A stretch of 63,465 nucleotides of DNA, the filler included, from Tricharina praecox (Eukaryota), in NCBI RefSeq assembly GCF_024521635.1. It is 6 parts of 6 records of this genome, joined end to end, with 100 filler letters (N's around TTAATTAATTAA, not from the genome) between each part and the next. Parts side by side here need not be neighbours in the genome. Positions count along the whole stretch, not along the records: positions 49,896 to 57,785 come from NW_026250491.1; positions 57,886 to 63,465 come from NW_026250495.1; 4 more parts are not named here. One strand, written 5' to 3'. Below, piece by piece: positions 49,796 through 60,273 of this stretch (position 1 is its first letter; every line of letters begins with the position of its first letter). The notes beneath the pieces are model-generated. The model was given only the letters and a program-made list of their open reading frames with translations. It had not been told where the DNA came from and made no database searches. The position numbers were made by a program, and so were the translations under genes.

Positions 49796-49895
49796 NNNNN
49801 NNNNNNNNNNNNNNNNNNNNNNNNNNNNNNNNNNNNNNNTTAATTAATTAANNNNNNNNNNNNNNNNNNNNNNNNNNNNNNNNNNNNNNNNNNNN
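49796..49895. other. Artificial contig spacer
   Basis: N44-TTAATTAATTAA-N44. Confidence 0.97.
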
Positions 49896-50029
49896 CAGAA
49901 TCAGCAACCAGAAAACCATCGGCACTACCCCTTAAGATTATTCCGCTTGTGAAAAGAATACTATCTATTTTCATTCTAAACCCCATTCTATCAATCGACT
50001 CCGACGACCGAAATCGTTCCAGTCTCACA
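49896..50029. mobile_element. Probable end of an unrelated LTR abutting Gypsy pol
   Basis: AT-richer sequence not matching the resident LTR, ending TCTCACA, then an abrupt start of pol (NQQAALKP). Confidence 0.5.
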
Positions 50030-51323
50030 CGAACCAACAAGCAGCCCTCAAACCCCAGAACCTGCCGGAAGAACTGAGATCGTCAGCGACCAACCCATCG
50101 GAAGTACCCCGTCCCGCACTCTCTACCCTGATAACCGAAGCATACCAGGTAGACCCAGCGCCAAACAAGATCCTCCAACTACTAAGAAACGGGACACGCC
50201 ACTCGAAAGACATCTCGCTTGCCGACTGCAGCGAAGCCAACGGACAACTGCGTTATCGTCATTGCCTCTACGTCCCCGAACACGACCCACTCCGACTGCG
50301 CCTCATCCAGGACCACCACGGCCCACAGGCTATGGGTCACCCTGGAAGAGCAAAGACCTTGGAACTCCTGGCCCGGAACTACTACTGGCCCCAGATGCGG
50401 AAGGATGTTGACCGGTTCGTCAGGAACTGCCAAACTTGCAGACGAACCAAGTTAACCCGACATGCACCCTATGGCGTCCTCCGCCCGCTCCCAGTACCTG
50501 AGAAACCCTGGCAACACATCTCCGTCGATTTCGTAACCGGACTGCCGCCTTCGAAAGGATTCGACGCCATATGTGTCTCCGTGGACCGGCTCACCAAGCA
50601 ACAACACCTACTCCCTTGCAACACGACCATCACCTCGGAGGGACTGGCGGAACTGTTCTGCGACCGGATCTTCAAATACCACGGGCTACCCGACACCATT
50701 GTCTCCGACCGAGGCCCCCAGTTCGCTTCACGATTCTGGAAACACCTGTGCGCCTGCCTCAAGACGGACGCACGGCTCTCCACCGCGTTCCACCCTCAGA
50801 CCGACGGCCAAACGGAAAGGATGAACGCAGTCATGGAACAACACCTCCGAGCATACGTGAGCTACTTGCAGGACGGCTGGGTCAACTACCTATTCTTGGC
50901 AGAGTTCGCTGGCAACAACCAGGCATCCAACACCACCACCCTGTCACCGTTCTTTGCTAACCTAGGCTACCACCCCCGTTGTGACTTCGAGCTTGACATC
51001 CGAACCGACACAAACGAAGAACGAGAGGCACAGACAGCGGCAGAGCGGCTCCAGCAGATCCACGACGTTGCCCGCAGCGAGATGCGCTATGCCCAGGCAC
51101 GGCAGCAGGACAACACGGACCAGCACCGAACCCCCGCACCGGCCTTCCAGCCTGGAGACATGGTATGGGTGGACGGCCGAAACTGGGGGACCGAGCGACC
51201 GAGCCGGAAACTGGAAAACAAGCACCACGGACCCTATCGAATTACCAGAGCCATCGGAACCCACGCATACGAACTAGACATCCCCAACACCATCCAGAAG
51301 CACCGCACCTTTCCAGTGTCCCT
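50030..51323 (+). mobile_element. Gypsy pol fragment (integrase HHCC and DDE core), interrupted by an LTR
   Basis: HPGRAKT...YYWP...[34 protein letters not shown]. Confidence 0.93.
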
Positions 51324-51883
51324 TGTCACGGCTCACGACGGAATGACGAAGGGAGGGTCGGCACAAGGATCGGGAGAATTGGGGGGCAGTGCAGAGGCAG
51401 TGCACCGGCAGTGCAAGGATGAGTCGCAGAGGATTTGGGGCTGTGTGCAGGGAGCAGGGATAGCGCAGTAATGAGTCGCAGGATATTGGGGCTGTGTGCA
51501 GGAAGCAGGGGTAGTGCGGCTGCGCAGGATGTGAGTCACGGAAGTGGGGGTACTGGCAAGGTGGATTTCTCAGGGTCTGGCACACGCCCACGGTCATTGT
51601 CAGGTTGCGGGAAGAAGTGGAGGATTTTCTATATAAACGGGCCGTTGCCCCTCTGTATTTAGTTCTTCACGCAACAACTTGTTAATTCAATCACTGTTAC
51701 CTCTGTCCTTGCCTCGGCTGCCGTCTGCGCCGTAGTCCTTGTCCCTGCCTCTGTTCTCAGTTGCCGTCTGCACTGAGCCCTGCCTCACCTTGTCTCCTGT
51801 ACCCGTCTTGCCCCTACCGAACCCAGAACCCGATCCCCAGCCCGACTTCGCTACCTGGAGCCTTGCCCGACCGTGCCGTTACA
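51324..51883 (+). mobile_element. 560-bp LTR with non-matching flanks (TCCCT / CGCGA): probable recombinant solo LTR
   Basis: TGTCACGG...CCGTTACA; the left flank is integrase C-terminus and the right flank is RNase H of another copy. Confidence 0.9.
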
Positions 51884-53777
51884 CGCGATGGTCAGAGTTA
51901 CTTTCCCGTTTCCATTTCAAGATTGTCTACCGACCAGGCAAAGCGGGAGGAAAACCGGATGCACTGACCAGGAGGTCAGGAGACCTCCCTAAAGAAGGGG
52001 ATGAAAGATTGCTTGCCAACCAGCAGGCTGTCCTGAAACCGGACAACCTACCGGCAGAGCTCCGGTTGGCAGCAACCAACACACCCGAACAACACCGTCC
52101 CCTCCTCACGTCACTGATAACAGAAGGCTACGACATAGACCCCGTCCCAAATCGAATCCTCGAGCTACTCCGAAATGGTACACGCCACTCGAAGGAGATC
52201 TCCTTGGCCGAATGCCGCGAAGTCAACGGGCGACTGATCTACCGAGACTGCCTCTATGTTCCAGAGTACGACCGACTCCGACTACGACTGATCCAGGACC
52301 ACCACGACCCACCGGCCATGGGGCACCCAGGGCGCGCAAAAACCCTGGAACTACTTGCTCGAAGGTACTACTGGCCACAGATGCGAAAGGACGTTGACCA
52401 GTTTGTCCGAAACTGCCAAACCTGCCGACGAACCAAGGCCACCCGGCACGCACCCTATGGTGTCCTGCGCCCCCTCCCAGTACCCGAGAAGCCATGGCAA
52501 CACATCTCAGTCGACTTTGTCACTGGCTTACCGGCCTCAAAGGGGTTTGACGCCATCTGTGTTTTTGTTGACCGACTGACCAAGCAACGCCATCTCCTAC
52601 CATGTACCACGACCATCACCTCAGAAGGACTGGCCGAGCTGTTCTGCGACCGGATCTTCAGGTACCACGGGTTGCCAGAAAGCATCGTCTCGGATAGGGG
52701 TCCCCAGTTTGCCTCGAGATTCTGGAAACACCTATGCTCATGCCTCAAGATCGAGCCACGCCTGTCAACTGCCTTCCACCCCCAGACCGACGGCCAAACC
52801 GAACGGATGAACGCCGTCATGGAACAGCACCTCCGCGCGTACGTCAGCTACCTCCAGGATGACTGGGTCGACTACCTCTTCTTGGCCGAATTCGCTGGCA
52901 ACAACCAGGTCTCCGACACGGCTACCCTGTCCCCATTCTTCGCTAACCTAGGATACCACCCACGGTGTGACTTTGAGCTGGATATCCGTGTCGACACCAA
53001 GGAGGAACATCAAGCTCAGAGTGCAGCGGAACGGTTGCATCAAATCCACGACGTCGCCCGCAGCCAAATGCGGTATGCCCAGGCACGGCAACAGGACGAC
53101 TCCGACCGACACCGAACCCCTGCGCCAGCCTTCCAACCAGGCGACATGGTATGGGTGGATGGTCGTAACTGGCGCACCGAGAGACCCAGTCGCAAGCTGG
53201 AAAACAAACACCATGGTCCCTACCGTGTGATTCGGACAATCAGAACCCACGCCTACGAATTGGACATCCCGGACACCGTTCAAAAGCACCGAACATTTCC
53301 TCTATCCCTCCTTCATGCCTCCGCTGACGATCCCTTCCCTGGACAAACTCCACCGCCACCACTTCCGGTAATCGTGGACGACCAAGAAGAATGGGAGGTT
53401 GAAGAGGTCCTGGACAGCCGGAACCTCAGGGGCAAACTCCAGTACCTGGTGAAATGGAGAGGCTACGCGGCACCAACATGGGAACCAGAGGAGAACCTTA
53501 CTGAGGTACAAGCTGTGGACGACTTCCATCGAAGATACCCCATGCAGCCTGGACCAGTCGAACTTGCTGTCGTGGGAACTCGAGCCTTAGGAGGGACTAC
53601 TGTCACGGCTCACGACGGAATGACGAAGGGAGGGTCGGCACAAGGATCGGGAGAATTGGGGGGCAGTGCAGAGGCAGTGCACCGGCAGTGCAAGGATGAG
53701 TCGCAGAGGATTTGGGGCTGTGTGCAGGGAGCAGGGATAGTGCGGCTGTGCAGGGTGTGAGTCACGGAAGTGGGGTA
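51884..53777 (+). mobile_element. Gypsy 3' part: RNase H end, integrase, chromodomain, PPT and truncated 3' LTR (53601-~53777)
   Basis: Uninterrupted ORF to 53760; [12 protein letters not shown]...YLVKWRGY...[20 protein letters not shown] precedes TGTCAC. Confidence 0.95.
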
Positions 53778-54272
53778 GGAAGTAACGGTGGCACCACCCT
53801 ACTACTGAGAAATTCTGGCCGCCATCTACGAACAACTCGAAAACATCGTTAACCATGATACACCTGCCGACAATGCGACCCTGATAGGGTTGTATAACCA
53901 TTTCCAAATCATCGCACGCGCAATTACCCAGTCCCCCACAGCAGCACCAACCTGGCGAGTAGACGACCTCGAAGAATAACTCGCCAACTCCCGTCGCATC
54001 GCTAACCGACTTGCCACCCTGGAAACTCAACCCCAGGGCCGTGCAGAACGTGTCCCGGAACCTGCCATGTGCGATGGCACCAGGGAAAAGCTTGAGGGAT
54101 TGGTGGCCCAACTCCGACTCAAGCTATATAGCGACCCCACCCGTTTCCCGTCACCAGCACTCAGAATGGGGTACACCTTCAACCGCCTTGAAGGACGCGC
54201 CCAAGCCCAGATCCTCCCCTTCATCCGGAACAACATCATCAGCCTGACCGACGCCGATGCAATGATCACCAT

Positions 54273-54783
54273 TGTCCCAGCTTGCGACGGCACGTTCCAA
54301 GAAGAGCCGGAAAAGGGATCGGAAGGCAGCGCGGGGGCAGTGCAAGGGGCTGTGCGGGCGGCAATGTAAGAATGAGTCGGAGGAATTGGGGCTGTGTGTT
54401 GGTAGCAGGGGTAGCGCGGCAGTGCAGGCTGTGACTCACTGGAGCGGGGGTATCGGCGGGGAGAATTTCTCAGGGTCCAACACATGCCCACGGTCATTGT
54501 CAGGTTGCGGGAAGAAGTGGAGGATTTCCTATATAAACGGGCCGGCGCCCCTCTGTAATTAGTTCTTCACGCAACAACTTGTTAATTCAACGACTGTTAC
54601 CTCTGTCCTTGCCTCGGCTGCTGTCTGCGCCGTAGTCCTTGTCCCTGCCTCTGTTCTCAGTTGCCGTCTGCACTGAGCCCTGCCTTACCTTGTCCTCCGA
54701 ATCCGTCTTGCCTCTATCGAACGCAAAACCTGATCCCCAGCCCGACTTCGCTACCTGGAGCCTTGCCCGACCGTGCCGTTACA
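54273..54783 (+). mobile_element. Solo LTR (511 bp) in gag with 5-bp TSD ACCAT
   Basis: ACCAT at 54268-54272 and 54784-54788. Confidence 0.93.
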
Positions 54784-56259
54784 ACCATCCTCGAGAACGC
54801 CTTTGGCGACCCTGATCCAGCCGCTACAGCCCGAGCCGAACTCCACCGCCTGAAACAAGGAAACAAGGACTTCACATCCTATTTCGCGGAGTTCCAGCGA
54901 CTGGTGTCCAAGCTGAACTGGGACGAGCACGCACAGCTCGACGCCTTGCGCAAGGGTGTTTTATCGAACTCCACCGGCAACTCGGGGCCGCACTCATGGG
55001 TTGACCTACAACTAGTTTGTGGCACTATGCCAAAGCTTGGACTCATAGTTGCGCGCCCTCCAGCTGCGTGAAGGACGTCGCAATGCTAACAAACCACACA
55101 ACTCCTCCCCGCCGGTCAACCAAACCCAAACCCAGCCCCGTCACCAGCCTCAGAACCTTGTCCCCCACTCCACGAACACGGCACCGGCACCCCCGGGGGC
55201 CATGGATTTTAGCGCGAACAGCCGGAAAATCTCTGACCAAGAGCGTGCAACCCAGCTCCGTGAAGGTCGTTGCCTGTACTGCGGAGGCAGTGGCCATATG
55301 GCACGACACTGCCTTAACAAGAACCGCAACCCTTTCCGCGCTGCGGCAGCACAGCTGGGCCCTGACCAGCCCGGAACTCCGACCCCCAACCATTCCTACC
55401 ACAACTGCAACCAGAACTGTGGCGACAACCAGGAACAGTCGGGAAAAGCCTTGACCAACAACCGCTTGATGGCACTGTTGTTGGTCGTACCCAGGATAAG
55501 TCTTTTTCTCCCTTTTCTACTCATTTTCGTTTGTCCAATTTGTCAGTGTATGGGATGGTGGTGGAGGAATCATCAATGGAAGGAAAACATCTCGTTGTAC
55601 TATGTAACCTTTCGTTTGGTGACAAAACCATTGCCACGCATGCGCTGATCGATTGTGGAGCAACCGGAATCGCCTTGGTAGACAAAGACTTCGGCCGCCA
55701 TCACAACCTACCCCTCGTACCCCTAGAATTCCCGCGCGCCCTTGAGGTCATCGACGGCCGCCCCATCGAGTCCGGCGACATCACACACGTCGCCACCACT
55801 ACCCTGTCAATCCAAGAGCACCACGAAGAACCCCCCATGTTCGTCACCAAGCTGGGTCACTACCCAATCGTACTTGGAATTCCCTGGATGGACCTACACG
55901 CCGTGGCCATCCGATTCAGCTCCCGCACCCTCACCTTTGGTTCCCAATATTGCACTGCACACTGCAATACGGTACCTACAGTAGCTCACGGTATCACCAC
56001 GGACCCACCGGAACTACCCTACGCTCTCGCACCAGCAGGATGCTAACCAGAGAAAACCCAAGGTCAGAATCTCAGCCCTGCGAATAAAGCCCTTCCAGCA
56101 GATGGCTGAAATGGAGAACCTCACCATCTTCGCCACGACCCTGACGGAGATTGATGAAGCTCTATCCGAAGAGAAACAGAGCTCAACCGCCCACATTCCC
56201 CCCGAATACCACGAATTTCTCCACCTCTTCTCTGAGAGGTTGGCGCAGAAGCTACCATC

Positions 56260-56772
56260 TGTCACGGCTCGCGACGGGACGTTTGAGGAAGAGTCGGAAC
56301 AGGAATGGGAAGGCAGCGCGGGGGCAGTGCAAGGGGCTGCGCGGGCGGCAATGCAGGAATGAGCCGGAGGAATTGGGGCCGTGTGCAGTAAGCAGGGGTA
56401 GTGCGGCTGCGCAGGGTATGAGTCACGGAAGCGGGGGGGTACTGGCAAGGTGGATTTCTCAGGGTCTGGCACACGCCCACGGTTATTGTCAGGTTGCGAG
56501 AAGAAGTGGAGGGTTTCCTATATAAACGGGCCGTTGCCCCTCTGTACTTAGTTCTTCACGCAACAACTTGTTAATTCAATCACTGTTACCTCTGTCCTTG
56601 CCTCGGCTGCCGTCTGCGCCGTAGTCCTTGTCCCTGCCTCTGTTCTCAGTTGCCGTCCGCACTGAGCCCTGCCTCACCTTGTCCTCTGAACCTGTCTTGT
56701 CTCTGCCGAACCTAGAACCCGATTCCGAGCCCGACTTCGCTACCTGGAGCCTTGCCCGACCGTGCCGTTACA
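56260..56772 (+). mobile_element. Solo LTR (513 bp) in pol with 5-bp TSD CCATC
   Basis: CCATC at 56255-56259 and 56773-56777. Confidence 0.93.
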
Positions 56773-57785
56773 CCATCCCACCGGCAATACGACCACAAGA
56801 TCTCACTAAAAAAAGGATTTGTGCCCCCTTACGGACCCCTCTATTCGCTCTCGAAAACTGAGTTGATCGCACTCAAGGAATGGCTTGGCGACAATCTGAG
56901 CAAGGGATTCATCCGTGCCTCCTCATCACCAGCGGCATCACCGATCCTGTTTGTCAAAAAATCGGACGGCTCCTTGCGACTGTGTGTCGACTATCGAGGC
57001 CTGAACGAAGGAACCATCAAGAACCGCTACCCACTTCCCCTGCTCCAGGAAACCTTGATGCGACTGTCGGGTGCAAAGTATTTTACAACACTGGATATCC
57101 GCGGTGCTTACAACCTGGTACGAATGGCAGAAGGGGAGGAATGGACAACGGCCTTCCGGACCCGCTACGGACTTTTCGAATCATTAGTAATGCCCTTCGG
57201 GCTAACCAATGCGCCAGCCGGCTTCCAAGCCCTGATCAACGACGTTTTACGACCATTCCTGGACGGCTTTTGTACCGCCTTCCTAGACGATGTCTTCATC
57301 TACAGCGAGTCACTGGAAGAACACCGAAAACAGGTCACCAAGGTGTTACGCGCCCTTTCATCGACAGGACTGCACTTGAAACCAGAAAAATGCCACTTCC
57401 ACCAGACGGAGGTCAAATACCTGGGCCTGATCATAACCACAAAGAATATTAAGATGGATCCTGCCAAAGTCTCTTGCGTACTCGAATGGGAGAAACCGAC
57501 GACGGTAACAGATGTGCAGTGTTTCTTGGGCTTTGCGAACTTCTACCGACGCTTTATTCAGGACTACTCCAAGGTGGTATCCCCCCTGACGGCAATGACA
57601 AAAAAGGAAAATGGAAGTTACGTCCCCTTCGAATGGGGTATTGACCAACAGCAAGCCTTCGACACTCTCAAAACTGCCTTCACTACCGCCCCGGTACTCC
57701 GACATTTCGACTACGACAGAGAAATAGTGGTGGAAACTGATGCCTCGGATTACGTATCGGCCGGTATTCTCTCCCAGTACGACGA

Positions 57786-57885
57786 NNNNNNNNNNNNNNN
57801 NNNNNNNNNNNNNNNNNNNNNNNNNNNNNTTAATTAATTAANNNNNNNNNNNNNNNNNNNNNNNNNNNNNNNNNNNNNNNNNNNN
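57786..57885. other. Artificial contig spacer
   Basis: N44-TTAATTAATTAA-N44. Confidence 0.97.
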
Positions 57886-60273
57886 GGTGAAGTATTTTGC
57901 CCCGGATGCCGCATCAGAGTTTCTTGGAGGAGTGGGAGTTGGGTACCTGTTCTTGAGTGTCTATCCTTCGTTCAGGCCCCTGTAATCCACACACAGGCGT
58001 AGGGAGCCGTCCGATTTCTTGACAAACAGGATTGGCGATGCTGCTGGAGAGGAAGAGCACCGGATGAAACCTTGCGGAGGTTGTCGTCAAGCCATTCCTT
58101 CAGTGCGACAAGCTCCGTTTTCGAAAGTGAGTACAGGGGTCCGTATGGGGGCGTAAATCCCTCCTTGAGTGGAATCTTATGGTCGTAGTGTCGGTGCGGG
58201 GGCAGGTTCTGGGCAAGGGCTTCAGAGAATAGCGGTAGGAACTCGTGGTATTCGTGAGGGATATGTGCCGTTGGGTTCCTTGTTTCCTTCCAGTGCGCCG
58301 TTGACCTCGGCAAGCGTGGTGTTGAAAATCGTGAGGCTTTCCTTGTTGACCAGTTCTTGGAATGACTCCATCTGTAAGGCTGAGATTCTGACTTGTGGCT
58401 TTCCCTTGAAAGGTTAGTGCATTCTTGGTGATTCTTCCTTGGGGGAGACGTAATGTAGCGGGCCACGATGTCGCCGGCCCCCGCGCTTACCGCTGGCTCT
58501 TGCTGAGCTGCTTTGACGCGAGAGCATAGGTGGATACGTCAGGTGGGTCGGTGGTGATTCAATGTGCAACTGTGGGCACCGCATTGCAGTTGGCTGTGCA
58601 GTATTGGGAGCCGAAGGTGAGGGTTCGGGAGCTGAACCGGATGGCCACATCGTGGAGGTCCATCCAGGGGATTCCGAGTACAACGGGGTAGTGGCCTAGT
58701 TTGGTGACAAACATAGGGATTTCCTCGTGGTGTTCCTGTATGGACAGGGTGGTGGTGGCAACATGTGTGATGTCGCCTGACTCGATGGGACGGCCATCGA
58801 TGACTTCGAGACTTCGCGGGGATTTCAGGGGTACGAGGGGTAGGTGGTGATGGCGGGCGAAGTCTTTGTCTACAAATGCAATTCCGGTTGCCCAACAGTC
58901 GATCACGTCATGCGTGGCAATAGTTTTTGTCAACCAAACGAAAGGTTACACAATACAACAAGATGTTTTCCTTCCATTGATGATCTTCCACAACCATTCC
59001 TGACACTGAAAGACTAGACAACGAAACATAGGGGACATAGGAGACAAAGACTATCCTGGGTCGACCACAACCGCTTGAATGGCACTGTTGTTGGTCGTAC
59101 CCAGGATAAGTCTTTGTCTCCTAATGTCCCCTAGTTTTTCGTTTGTCTAGTCTTTCAGTGTCAGGAATGGTTGTGGAAGAATCATCAATGGAAGGAAAAC
59201 ATCTTGTTGTATTGTGTAACCTTTCGTTGGTGACAAAACTATTGGCCACGCATGCGCTGATCGACTGTGGGGCAACCGGAATTGCATTTGTAGACAAAGA
59301 CTTCGCCTGCCATCACCAGCCTACCCCTCGTACCCCTGAAATCCCCGCGAAGTCTCGAAGTCATCGATGGCCGTCCCATCGAGTCAGGCGACATCACACA
59401 TGTTGCCACCACCACCCTGTCCATACAGGAACACCACGAGGAAATCCCTATGTTTGTCACCAAACTAGGCCACTACCCCGTTGTACTCGGAATCCCCTGG
59501 ATGGACCTCCACGATGTGGCCATCCGGTTCAGCTCCTGAACCCTCACCTTCGGCTCCCAATACTGCACAGCCAATTGCAATGCGGTGCCCACAGTTGCAC
59601 ATGGAATCACCACCGACCCGCCTGACGTATCCACCTATGCTCTCGCGTCAAAAGCAGCTCAGCAAGAGCCAGCGGTAAGCGCGGGGGCCGGCGACATCGT
59701 GGCCCGCTACATTACGTCTCCCCCAAGGAAGAATCACCAAGAATGCACTAACCTTTCAAGGGAAAGCACAGTCAGAATCTCAGCCTTACAGATGGAGTCA
59801 TTCCAAGAACTGGTCAACAAGGAAAGCCTCACGATTTTCAACACCACGCTTGCCGAGGTCAACGGCGCACTGGAAGGAAACAAGGACCCCACGGCACATA
59901 TCCCTCACGAATACCACGAGTTCCTACCGCTATTCTCTGAAGCCCTTGCCCAGAACTTGCCCCCGCACCGACACTACGACCATAAGATTCCACTCAAGGA
60001 GGGATTTACGCCCCCATACGGACCCCTGTACTCACTTTCGAAAACGGAGCTTGTCGCACTGAAGGAATGGCTTGACGACAACCTCCGCAAAGGTTTCATC
60101 CGTGCCTCTTCCTCTCCAGCAGCATCGCCAATCCTGTTTGTCAAGAAATCGGACGGCTCCCTACGCCTGTGTGTGGATTACAGGGGCCTGAACGAAGGAA
60201 CAATCAAGAACAGGTACCCACTCCCACTCCTCCAAGAAACTCTGATGCGGCTATCCGGGGCAAATACTTCACC
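57886..60273. repeat. Second fold-back inverted duplication (arms 57886-59071 and 59087-60273) of Gypsy PR/RT
   Basis: Minus-strand ORFs 57972..58466 and 58559..58933 mirror plus-strand pol; the arms differ by scattered indels. Confidence 0.95.

Larger units (their letters stand above)
53778..57785 (+). mobile_element. Gypsy copy (gag-PR-RT-RH start) carrying two solo-LTR insertions; cut by the contig end
   Basis: gag and pol motifs resume exactly across both LTRs; RT motif AFLDD at 57280-57291. Confidence 0.94.

Noticed and set aside
51739..53760. 673-aa novel fusion protein with a hydrophobic N-terminus
   Set aside because: The N-terminal ~48 aa are U5 of an LTR that happens to be in frame with a pol fragment; the start is non-ATG.
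46726..53777. One continuous element across the 49796 spacer
   Set aside because: Contigs appear size-sorted and not ordered, and contig 5 starts with unrelated LTR-like sequence.
51324..56772. Three LTR insertions all in frame with the host ORF, as a programmed tail-swapping system
   Set aside because: The right junctions at 46181 and 51883 imply other phases. Small n, explicable by chance or codon-position base bias.
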